62,000 nucleotides of DNA from Vicugna vicugna (Eukaryota). Below the pieces are notes generated by a model, which ran no database searches, was not told the origin of the DNA, and saw nothing but the letters and a program-made list of their open reading frames with translations. Positions 1 through 14,673 of the stretch are shown here, piece by piece (within the stretch, counting starts at the first letter, position 1; every line of letters begins with the position of its first letter). The position numbers and the translations under genes were made by a program. The stretch lies in assembly GCA_013265495.1 (NCBI GenBank), contig MU058557.1, positions 186,001 through 248,000 of the forward strand. Reading direction: 5' to 3'.

Positions 1-255
1 CTGCCCAGCACCCTCTGGGCTGCAGGCCTGGTGGCCACTGGAGCCGGGTAGGGGTGTGATGGTGCAGGCCCGGCTCAGGGCAGGGGGCCTGAGGAAGGGG
101 CTGCGTCCGCTCCTTAGGGCACAGGCCACCGCCCGAAGGAGAAAGCAGGCAGTAGGGGATGTGAATCTGAGGACGACAACAACTGCTGACACTGCTAAAC
201 AGCCCTAAAGACCAGCCAGGGGACGGAGGGACCACGGACCCAGGGACAGCGGTAC

Positions 256-288
256 CTGAGGGTAAAGTCAAAATGCAAGTTCTTTCTC
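256..288 (-). CDS. PACS2: PACS2 33-nt alternative cassette exon
   Basis: gaaaag|GAGAAAGAACTTGCATTTTGACTTTACCCTCAG|gtaccg; symmetric phase 2-2; encodes (R)RKNLHFDFTL(S), similar to the recalled ..HFDFTL insert of the long human isoform. Confidence 0.85.
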
Positions 289-1027
289 CTTTTCAGAAAG
301 GCACCAAAGAGAAACACAGGATGTTATTACGCGCTCAGGAGTGGCAAGGCGGCCCCCCTAACGGGAGGAAGAACCCGGAGTCGTGCAGGACTGGCCGTGA
401 CACCCGGCAGAGGCTTCAGCTTAAATCTCTCTCCTGCCTTACAAGATGTTTAACGTCCCCTTCTTGGGAGCAGAGATGCTCCACGCCGCGGAACCGGCTG
501 CAGTCTGCCTGTTCCTGCACTTCCCCACCCGGGAGTCCCTGGAAGGACTACCCTGTCTGAGGCCTGTGCACCCAGCTCCACCCCATGTGGGCAGGTGGGT
601 GGGCAGCTGGACCCCCGCAGGGTTTCAGCGACCCACCCGCGGCTCCTGGTTGCTGGCCGGCACTGGGCAGGACGAGAACCATGTCTCCCCGCCTGAGAAG
701 TCCCGGCTGTTGAAGGAGCCTGTGCCCAGATTCGAGGGCGCAGGTCACTGCTAGGGGCCAGGCACCACGACCACTATCCTTTTAACTTTTATTGTGGGAA
801 AATCCAACATGTACAAAAACAGACAACGCGACCACCTCATCCTAACTCCCACTCAGGATCCGTGAAGGGTCCCGGAGTTGAGGAGAACTGGAAGCTGCCT
901 GGATCCCTCCCAGACATCCGTCCAAGCTCAGGTTGGGCACGGAGCCCCCAGTGAGCAACCCGAGGAGCCAGGACGCAGGCGGCTGGGGGTCGCCACCCCA
1001 CCGCCACCCACCCAGGCCCTAGAGTTA

Positions 1028-1300
<273 letters not shown>

Positions 1301-1437
1301 TTAGATCTAGCCTCAGCGTCCCAGCTGAGGCTGTCCACTGACCCCTCGCCCCCTGTAGCTCAGGGACCGCTGTGGCCGGGAGGGAGGCACACAGGTCTCC
1401 AGTCTCGCCTCAGGACAGCAGTACGACCCCCATTCTA

Positions 1438-1941
<504 letters not shown>

Positions 1942-2073
1942 TTAAAAAGATCAATAACTAATCACTGCTTTGCATTTCTGACAACAAACCAAAATCAGCA
2001 ACGAGTTATCCTAACTGCGGGGCCCTCGGGGTGTGGACATCTCTGGGGCAACCATGTTGCAGGATCAAGCTCA

Positions 2074-2331
<258 letters not shown>

Positions 2332-2483
2332 TCACTGAGCCCGAGGGGGCCCCAGGGCTCCCCTGCTCCCCCTGAACTCAGGGCCTGTCCCACAGCTCAC
2401 CACTATGATGGGGCCACTGAAACCCAGGCCTCCCAGACAGCGGGCACCCCACGCAGGGTGGGCAGTTCTGCCAGCCTTGCTCA

Positions 2484-3507
<1,024 letters not shown>

Positions 3508-4783
3508 TCAGCGGTGGGGACAGCTAAGAATGGTCAGTGTCAGCTGGAGGGCAGCAGGGCCATAGGCCACACAGCCCAACCTCAGGGGGCCCGGCAGCCA
3601 CGGCCTAAGGTCCAGCCTGTGCCCTGGCCCCTGGGTACCCTAGTGGGGCCTCATCCACAGCTGCTTCCTTGTCCTGAGCAGGGCAGACACGAGGGAGCTC
3701 AGGGCCCCCTGTGAAGACAGACCCCCACCCTGGGACAAGCCCGGTGCAGGCCAGTGCCGGCATCCTGGCACTCAGGTAGCCCTCTGTCCTGACAAAGGCC
3801 TCTGTGCACCCCCACCAGGTAAATGCCAGCACCCAGAGCCACTGCTTCTGGAAAAATCCTGCACAGAAACAAAACCTAGGTCTGGCAGAAACGGGCTGAC
3901 TCTCATGCCCAGGGCGGGGGCTCCCATCGGGTGAAAATCCAGGGGGAGGGTTCAATACTGAATCCTGGGTTCATGCTGGGTTTTATTTCTTGTTTCTCCT
4001 GTGAGTGGATCTGCACGGGGTGGCGGGGCAGGTGGTGGGCAGCGAGGGCGGATTGTGGGGTGAAGGGCTGACGTGGGGCACACACACTGTGAAACTAGGT
4101 CGTGAGGCCTGATGCAGCACGTGAGTGTCAGCTGCCCGGGACTGTGGCCCCGTGGCTAGCCTTGGCAAGGAGTGACCCCGGGCGCCCAGGGAAGGGGCAG
4201 CAGAGCGGGGGCGAGGGCTGTGGCCCAGATCTGACCAGGGCATCAGAGGGCTGAAGAGGGCACGTGACAGACCCAGAAGACTGTCCTCCACCAGGAAGCC
4301 ACCAAGTCCCCACAACTCAGACTCCAGCTCTGATGCTTGCTCACCAGCCGTGGGCCCCCCCAGGAGGCAGGGCCTTGGGGCCCCGGCCCTGCCGCCCGCC
4401 CCACAGAGGCCCCGTGCTGGACGCCACCCCGCTCCCTGAGGGCTGTGCCCACCTGCACGGGTGCTGGGCCCACTCTCCTTGGAGCCTCACCCGTGGGCCC
4501 CACAGGACCTGAGGGCCAGGTCCAGGAGAACGGGAGAGAGACAGGAGGACCGTCCCTGCCCTCGGAGCAGGCAGCTGCACCTCGGCCCAGTCAGACCTGC
4601 AGGTGGCTAGTTGCAGACGGAGGGGTGTGGGGGTCCAACGTGGACCTCCAGGGATGGGCCTGGAGACCCATGTATTTCCCCAGTGATTCTCACTGCGTCA
4701 GACGGGCCCTGCCCCAGTGGGGCATCCACACTCCCTCCTGCACCGGCCCCTGTAGGCATCGCCTCCCCAGAGCGGCCGGTCAC

Positions 4784-4926
4784 CTGGTGGAGGGGATGAC
4801 CAGGGACTCTGTCTTTGTGATCCGCCCGCTGGGTGGCAGCTTCTCGGTGAACACGTCCAGCGCAGGGGTCTCCACCTCCGGGCTCTCCTCGGGCTGCGCT
4901 GGCTGCTCCCCGGCGGGGGGTGCGCT
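4784..4926 (-). CDS. PACS2: PACS2 exon 12 (143 nt)
   Basis: [47 protein letters not shown](R); ctcag| and AG|gtgacc. Confidence 0.95.
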
Positions 4927-5236
4927 CTGAGGGGCAGAGGAGGGAACCGTGGGGACACACTCCTGTGCCCAAGGGGCCTTGGTTTGGGAGAGGGTGTTCA
5001 GGCCTCTAACGGGCGGGCAGCTCCTGGCACGTGGACAGGGCTCTGACCGCTCCTGGGATGGGGGTAACTCCAGGGGGCCCCTCATTGTGGTTCTACACAT
5101 AGGCCCTGGGCAGTGGAAGCAAGAGGACCTGCCTGTGGGGCCTGCCCTGCCCGGTCAGGGGTCAGACCCTGAATGCAGCCTGTAAGTGGGTTCTGTGCCA
5201 GCCCACAGGTGTGAACATGGCCCTTTGCCTGCTTAC

Positions 5237-5311
5237 GTGGGCCACTGAGTCGGAGATGCTGTCACTTGGCTGCTTGCCTCCCAGGGCCCGCGTCCTCTCG
5301 GGCACGTCAGC
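5237..5311 (-). CDS. PACS2: PACS2 exon 11 (75 nt)
   Basis: [25 protein letters not shown], not shown in the ORF track; cacag| and |gtaagc. Confidence 0.94.
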
Positions 5312-5635
5312 CTGTGTGGACAGGATGGAAAGGAGTCAGGCTGTGCTCAACAGGGGTGCCGAGACTGGGTCACCTTTGGGCAGGGGGTTCCAGGCTCACA
5401 GACAGCTTGGGGAGACCGGCTGGGATTCCTGACTGTGGGCTTGGGGTTGCCCCAGGAAAGTCACCCAGCTGCAGGCAGGGGACAGGGAACAACCCAAAAG
5501 TGCACTGAGCTTCAGGTTTGTCCAGCACTGATTCATGTGTAAGTGGCACCCCGAGTGACTCCGACAGGCAGAGAGGACCGGGACATCCCGAGGGTTCCGG
5601 CAGGAGTGTGGGCTGCCTGAGTCCGGGCCGCTCAC

Positions 5636-5726
5636 CGGACTCGGAGGCTCCTTCTGGCTCCGGGCACTGTGGGTGCTTCCGATCTCTGTCTGCGAGCTGG
5701 AGTGGGACAGGCCTTCGAAGTACGGC
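5636..5726 (-). CDS. PACS2: PACS2 exon 10 (91 nt)
   Basis: [30 protein letters not shown]; ctcag| and |gtgagc. Confidence 0.96.
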
Positions 5727-7033
5727 CTGAGTGGTGGGGACAGAGAAGGGGTCATTCCCAGTCCCCTCCCCATTGAAGGTGCAGCCACCGGGCCTGGTGG
5801 GGGGTGGGATGCAGAGCAGGGCCCCCACCCTGGAGGACCACGGCATAGGCAAGGACACTGGGCGCCCACTGCCCCCTAGCTCCTCCATCCACCCTCAGAG
5901 CAGCCAAGAAGACCTGTACCCCGAAACCCCATCCAATGTCAGCTCTAGCCCTGGAGAGTGGCCAGCATGCACAGCAACTGCAGGACAGCCCTGTTGGAAG
6001 GGTGTCCAGTGGAGCCCTGGGGCCCCACGGCCAGCTGGCCACAACACAGGAGCACACGGACAGCCCAGTGAGGACGCCATCGCCAGGCACGGGCAGACCC
6101 AGGTTGCACGTCCCGCCCAGCAGGTAGCGACACGTAGGCAGCAGAATTAAGGTCCAACTAAAATGAGGGGCGGGACTACTGACGGTAAAGCCGTGGGGGG
6201 GGACGTGGTAACGTGACCACCGTGAGCAACAGGCAGGACTGGGACCCTGCCGGCCAGGGACTCACTCCGCAGGTGCAGCTGACGCCACGGAGCTACAGGC
6301 GGGGAGGTGAGGGGGACGGCCTGGGCCAGCCGGCAGCTGCTGTAACAGGGGCTGGTCGAGACCTTCTCCAGTGAAGGGAAAGGGAGGTCAGAGGGGTCCG
6401 CAGACTGAGGACCGTGGCTGCACATGCTGGCCTTGAAGTGGGACCCCTGTTCTATACCCACCTGGCCGAGCCTGAGACCAGTGCCCAGAGCCCCCAGGAG
6501 GCCAGCGGCCAACACCCTGACCTGATGTCAAACTCCAGGAGTAACTGGGCACCGGTCAGCGGCCCAGGGAACTGGTGCCTGAGGTGGGGCCAGGCCGGCA
6601 CAGGTCTGGGAGGCAGCAGTATGGGCTGGGGGCACGTGACAACATGGCACGCCCTTTCTTGTGTGTGCTTCTGTCTTACTGATGCTTGTTTTAAGAAGTT
6701 TGAAAACCAAAGGGTCCACAAACCTTCCTGACTCTGACTCAGACCTCCCCTCTTCCTGCCCAGCCCAGCCTCAGGGCTCCCCACCTTCCCCGGGACTCCT
6801 TTGGGGTGGACACCCTCTGAGGTTCCCAGCAGGCCTGCCTCTCTGTTGAACAGGGAGCCCTGTGGCCCCGCATGCTCTGGTCCCCTCCTGGGACGGCCCA
6901 GCCAGCACCCCCTGCTCAGCCCACCTCCCACCTGCCCCACGCCCAGAGCCCTGGCCTCCCACACAACCTCCCAGCCCGCCCCTCCCTCCCCGACCCAGCG
7001 GCCCCCACAGGGCTGACCTCAGCCGCCTCCTCA

Positions 7034-7330
<297 letters not shown>

Positions 7331-7639
7331 CTACAGTGAGGTCAGACGGGTGAGGCTGGCCTGACAGGAAGGGGCGTCTGCAGGACAGACAGGTGCACAG
7401 CCACCAAGCACCCTTCTTCCAGCCTTGTTATTCCAGACCCAGAGGTGTCCCTGGGGGACCTTAGGTCGCGGGGTGCTGGGTGCGGTGTGGCTGTCCTTCC
7501 CAGGTCACACACAGACACAGTGTGAGCCTTTGCGTGGCACCGTCACAATCGGGCCAGAAAAGGCTGCCCTCCCCAGGGCGCCCCTGCCCCCTCACAGTGC
7601 CCCCAGGCCCCGGGCGCCAGGTCTTGTGCAGGACGGCAC

Positions 7640-8830
7640 AGAACTGCAATCACATGGCAGCAGCCTTCTCTTGCTCGGCGTGATGCATGTACGGAAAGGA
7701 CGACCTGGGGCCGTTCTGTGTTTGCTGCTCCACACAGAGCTTCTGTGACCATCTCTCGTGGGACTGCTGGGCGTCTGGCAGGCATATTTCACTTTTTGAA
7801 GAACTGCGGGCCTGTTTTCCAAAGTGGCTGCACCATTTTCTGCTCCCCCAGCACGTGTGAGGGTTCCAGTCACGACACAGCCTCTCCAGCACCGATTTTC
7901 CGCGCTGACGACAGCCACCCTGCTGGGTACTAAGTGGTGTTTCGCGGTGGCCCTGACCTGCCTTCCCTGATGCCTGGAGGCGACGGGCAGATCAGGTGCT
8001 TATTGGCTTTTTGCATTTCTTTTTTGGAAAAATACCTAGTCAGAGCCTTTGCCCGATTTTCTTTCCTTTGCCCGATTTTTAAAGTGAACAATTAATTTTT
8101 CATTGCACTGCTTTGTTTTGGGGCTGTCAGAGTTCTTCACACATTCTGGACACAAGTTCCTTGTCAGCTGTGTGATGTGCAGACAACCTTCCCCCGTCCG
8201 ACGGGCTGCCGCTCCGCCCTCTGCCCGGAGCGCGGAGGCTCCAAACCTCAGTGCAGCCCCACTTGCCTGTTTTCCCTTTCTTTGCTGGTGCTCTTGGTGC
8301 CGTATCCTAGAAACTGTTGTCTGACCCAGGCCACAAAGATTCACTTTTAGGTTTCCTTCTAAGAGTTTCACAGTTCTCGCTCTGGCCCACTGGGAGTTAC
8401 TTCTGTGCACGGTGTGAGGCAGGGTCCCACTTCACTCTTTGGCAGAGTTCCAGCTGTTCCAGTACTAGTTGCTGAAAAGGCCAATCCCCACCCCGTCCCA
8501 CCCCCCGGAACGCTTTCGGCATCCTGTCGGAAGCCAGCTGACCACGAACAGAAGGGTTTGTATCTGGACCCCACCTTCCTTCTCTGCCCCGTCACGCCGT
8601 CTGGTCACGGTAGCTTTGAGCAAGTTTGGAAAACAGAAGGGGCGAGTCCTCCAGCTTTGCTCTTTGTCAAGACTGCTTTGCTTATCCCGGGCCCCCTGCC
8701 TTTAGGCATGAGGGTTAGGACCACCTGGCTGATTTCTGCAGCAAGGCGTTGGCGATCGGACAGCACTCGTGTTGAATCTGTAGACCAGCCTGGGGAGGAC
8801 TGTGGCCGAGACAGGCCTGCCTTTAGCACC
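7640..8830 (-). mobile_element. Old L1 (L1M-type) ORF2 3' fragments
   Basis: Antisense L1 phrases such as ttccaaagtggctgcaccatttt, ttccttctaagagtttcacagtt and cctccagctttgctcttt. Boundaries approximate. Confidence 0.75.
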
Positions 8831-9125
8831 TGTGTCTAGAGCGAGCCGCTGGCCCCGCCACTGCTGCTTCTGAGGGCACAGCCTCCCTGTGCGCGGGTGC
8901 TCGGCCGCGGGGTCCATGCTGTCGTGACCGCGTGAGAGGACAGCGCCTCTGGGGCTGAGACGCCTACACGCCACCTCTCCTGGCCGGGGGGAGGGGGAGC
9001 CCAGAACCTGGGGACGGATTTTCTTCTGATCACATTAAAAACAACAGGGTATTTTTCTTCTGGTTGTAAAAGTTATACAAACTCATCATAGAAAATCTGG
9101 AGACTGAGAAAAGGCTAAAACAAGT

Positions 9126-9286
9126 TTCTTCTTTCTTTCTTCCTTTTTCTTTCCTTTCTTTCTTTCTTTTTTTTTGCAGGGGGGAGGTAATTACATTTAT
9201 TTAGTTTGTTTTTTCAATGGAGGTACTGAATCCAGGACCTTGTGCACGCTAAGCATGCACTCTACCACTTGAACTATACCCTCCCT
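9126..9286 (-). mobile_element. tRNA-derived camelid-type SINE (vic-1-like) with TTTC-rich tail
   Basis: Reverse complement reads gggagggtatagttcaagtggtagagtgcatgcttagcgtgcacaaggtcctgg (A-box head), same family as the copies at 53384 and 53855. Confidence 0.85.
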
Positions 9287-9369
9287 CCAAAAAAAGTTGT
9301 TTTTAAAACACACAGTATATTTATTGATGGTGGGGGGGTGGGGGTGCTGTGTGTGAGGTGACGGGGGCA

Positions 9370-9460
9370 CATGGAGACTCCACTTCCTGCTCGGTTTTGC
9401 TGTGAACCTAAAACTATTCTAAAATTTAAAGTCAATTTATAAAAAAAAAAACAAAAACAC
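9370..9460 (+). mobile_element. L1M 3' terminus fragment
   Basis: ttttgctgtgaacctaaaactattctaaaatttaaagtc followed by an A-rich tail. Confidence 0.6.
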
Positions 9461-9756
9461 GAACAGAAAAACCTGTGGTCACCCCCAGAGACAATGCTGG
9501 CCTTCCTCCAGGTCTGCTCATCAAGTTGTAATTCAGGCAACATAGTGGCACCTCCTGGGGCCCCTGCTGGCCCCTCAAGGGTCCCCGGGGTTGGGGGCAC
9601 CACCATCACCCACTCTCTTGGGCAAGGACAGCGATGTTCAGAGGACCACGAGGACAGCAGCAGCAGAGCCAGGACCTCTCCCAGAACTGGCCTCCAGAGC
9701 CCTCCCCCGACCCAGGACGCTGTGGGCCTTGAGTTGGGGGGGGGGCACTCACTCAC

Positions 9757-9816
9757 CTCATCGGAAACTTTAAACCTCCGCAGCAGAGCCACGACTTTCT
9801 GCTTGAAGTTTTGTTG
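9757..9816 (-). CDS. PACS2: PACS2 exon 8 (60 nt)
   Basis: QQNFKQKVVALLRRFKVSDE; ttgcag| and |gtgagt. Confidence 0.96.
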
Positions 9817-11018
9817 CTGCAAGACAAGCAGAGCAGGGTCAGAACCCAAGCAGCTGCTTCCCCCAGGAAAGCGTGGCAAGGCTGGCGCCTGGGCTGCTGC
9901 GGCCCCAGCTCAGACCCGCCGCGACGCTGGCGGACTCTCCTGTGGCTCTCAGCACTTGAATAGCGGTAAGTGTTTTCATCAGCATTTGAACCTACGGCTG
10001 AGGCCAGACTTCAAGGAGGACCCAGGCGGAGCTGACAGCCCAGAGCTGGTGAGGGGAACCAGGCGGAGGGTGTGTACCACATCTGTGGCTCTTCCAGAAG
10101 CCTCTGTGCACATGAGGCTGCCCGGCCCTTCCTCCCTGGGACTTGCTGGCAGGGGCTCAGTGGGAGCCCAAGCTCCATCTGGCCCCGGTGCCACCCTGCA
10201 CCGCAGAGGCTCAGCTCTGGCCACTGGCCGCTGACCAAGATGGTCACTCAGCCACCCTCAGAGGCTGACCCTACAAAGGGAGACCCACACTCCCCACTGC
10301 AGAAGCTGGGCACCCGGGTCCTGTAACTGAGGCTCAGACAGAGCTGCCCCAGCAGGTGTGGGCTGTGCACGTGGCCCAGAACATGCACTGCACTCAGTGT
10401 ATCGGGACCACTCATGACTTCCCAGCACTGCCAGACAGGGGCAAGGTTTTGGGGGCTTCCCTGGCCGCGCTCCGCCCTGGCCTGGCCTGAGGCCATGGCC
10501 CGGCACGGAGAGCTCTTCCAGGAGCCCTGGGTGCCCAGTGGTGGACATCCCATGATGGGCTGTGGCCCCTGCCTGGACTTGCCTCTTGGAGGATAAGCCC
10601 CTGAGGCCATCTGCCCAGAACAGAGACAGGGTGCAGGCCTCACAAAGGATGTGTCTGGGCCAAACAGGCAGCGGCCTGGGCAATGAGGAGGCAGCCCACC
10701 TTGCCCACTGCCCTCTAGGCCTGTGGCAGAGGGACGCCCCACCTGGCTCCCGCTTGCCAGTGAGGCTCTGACAATAGCCGGACGCCTCGCAACCCCTCCA
10801 GGGCACGGCCATAGCCTGGAGTCTCCTGCCCTCACACCATATTTGGGGAAAGACTGGACCTCAGGAGAAGCCATAGAGCTGGGCTGCTGGGAACAGCATG
10901 GTACCCACTGTGACCCCAGGATGGGCGCCTCAGGTCCTGACCCACCCCTCCTGAGAGCTCAACTGGCCAGCGCCCCTGTGCCCCAACCCAGGCCCGCCCC
11001 CCCTCCCCCCCAGGGTTA

Positions 11019-11791
<773 letters not shown>

Positions 11792-12076
11792 TCATGAGGG
11801 TCAGCCTGGATCTTGTGCTGGACTGGGTCCCCATCTGCCCTTCCTCACCTCAGGGGACAGTGACAACTGTGGCGGAGGCGACAGCCCATGCCAGGACTGT
11901 GCCCAGACCCTGGAAGGCACTGTGGTCGACCCCAGACCTGATTACTGACGATGTCACAGTGCGAGGGCAGCGGCCTGGACCCCGGAAGCCCAGAGAACAG
12001 CCCGCACTCCCTGACTTCTCAGCCTGCAGGATGGCAGCCAGGACGTGGCAGAGATGCTGCCCGTCACTGCACTCAC

Positions 12077-12239
12077 CCGTGGACTTGGCCTTGGGGCCGG
12101 CCTGCATGGTGCTGTCCTCATGGTCGATGGGCTGGCTGGACAGGGAGAAGATCCAGATCTCGGCCACCTTGACTGAGGCCTCCTTGATGTCGCTGCAGAG
12201 GCCCAGCACCTGGCCACCCTCGGAAGGGTGCTGCATCAC
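12077..12239 (-). CDS. PACS2: PACS2 exon 5 (163 nt)
   Basis: [54 protein letters not shown]; ccgcag| and G|gtgagt. Confidence 0.97.
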
Positions 12240-12654
12240 CTGCGGGCAGGGCATGGTTCTGGAAGCACACTGGAGCAGGACCAGCGCCCCGGAACCCCCC
12301 AAGGCGCAGGTGCACATGTCAGGGTTTTTGACGGGCTTTCGTCAGTGCTGACTTAAGGGGCCACACCTCAGCGGGGCAAGCTCTGGTGCAGAGGGCAGGA
12401 GGTCAAGAGGAGACCCGGGAGAAGGGTGGATGGGTCCAGAGGGAGCACGCGGGGCTGAGCTGGTGAGGTCAGCGGTAGGCTCAGCCCCTAAGGACTGAGG
12501 GCTGTCGGAGGCGGGGGGTGGTCGGCAGCAGCAGTGTGAGGTTGTGCTGTGGGCTAGCCCAGACCCTCGGGATTCCACTCTAGGGACCCGTGTCCAGGAG
12601 GGACCACAAAAGGCAAATGGGCGAGGGCCCGGCTGGAGTCCGACTCAGCTAGGC

Positions 12655-12686
12655 GGTGGGGTGTGGGTGTGGGTGTGGGTGGTGGG
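12655..12686. repeat. (GGGTGT)n simple repeat
   Basis: ggtggggtgtgggtgtgggtgtgggtggtgggg. Confidence 0.8.
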
Positions 12687-13208
12687 GCCGACGCTCTTGG
12701 AACCACAGTAGGAGCCCAGGAACACCTACTCTTCTCTCTCCTTTACAGAGGAGGGTGGGAGAGAAACTGGGCCTCTGACAGAAGGCCACCCATCCGGGCT
12801 GGGCTGGCGGTGCCCTGAAGGACAGAGCCTGCATGGCCAGTGACGACAAAGTGGCACCTTTGAGCCTCCTCTGAGCCCAGTAACAGCCTGGAGGTAGGAA
12901 GCCCAGGGTGGCCAGAGCCCCTGGGCCAGTGGAGGGCACAGCCAGGGCCCCGTGGAGTCCAGGCCCCACCTGTTTGCACCACTCTGTGGTCCAAGGACCA
13001 GGAGGCTTGGCTAAGGCCTGATCGCACCACAGAGAAGCTCAGCCCCAGCTGCGCACTCCACGCACCCTGGCTGCTCTGAGCGTCCCTCGAGGCAGAGGCC
13101 GCTGGGAGGGGCCGAGCCAGAGCACCAGTGCGCTTTTCCTGGACGGGCAGGTGGGCAGTGAGGGCCTGCGGGGACACAGGAGGCGCTGGGGAAGGGCTGA
13201 GGGGCTCA

Positions 13209-13424
<216 letters not shown>

Positions 13425-13789
13425 TCACAGCCACGCAGACGGCCAGGCCCACCGACACTCATGAGGTCTCGCACGCCCTGGCATTGGTCCACATGAACAG
13501 CCACTGGTGGCAGTTGTGCGCCACATGCGCAGGCCCTCCCCTGGGGAGGGGCCCACGTGCATCTGCGGAAGTGCAACAACTGCTCAGGGGCTCATCTGTT
13601 GGAAGTCCAGGGGGCAGTGACCACCCTGCACCCTCGCAACGTGGGGGCAAGGAGGAGGTGCCCCGGCCGGCGGTGCGCTGGCCAGGCCCCCCCCCCCCGC
13701 AGGGCAGGGCAGGGCCTTCAGACTGCACAAAGCAGACCTGCACAAGTTTTCCTTCAGGGTCACAAATAAAAACCTGCCCTCCGCCTTGA

Positions 13790-13896
13790 CTGCGATGGTC
13801 GTTACACACCTGTGCCCCTTTGCCAAAACCCACGGAACCATAAACTTAAAAATGGTGACTGGTAGGTTTTGTAAATCATGCTCCAATAAACCTGAC
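13790..13896 (+). mobile_element. L1ME-like 3' terminus fragment
   Basis: gatggtcgttacac...aaaaccca...cttaaaaatggtga...tgtaaatcatgctccaataaa. Confidence 0.55.
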
Positions 13897-14136
13897 TGCC
13901 CCGGCTCCCGCCCCAACAGAAGAAAAGTCAACACAAAAGCCAGAAGCTGCTGCGGGTCAGGGCCGGCGTGAGGGGGCCTTGGAGCAGGGCGGGAGGTGGG
14001 CTGGCAGGGCCCCTAAGCCCTGTCCCGCACACCGAGGGCAAGGGAGGAGGCATTTTCACGGGCCTGTGATGCACCGGTACTGAACAGAGGATTTCCCTCG
14101 AAAGCAAGCGTGCTAAGCAGGACGCTGCCGAGTCTA

Positions 14137-14673
<537 letters not shown>

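Noticed and set aside
3816..3858. Possible 43-nt poison exon (ttttgtttctgtgcag| ... CTG|gtgggg)
   Set aside because: Good acceptor but weak donor and no independent support.
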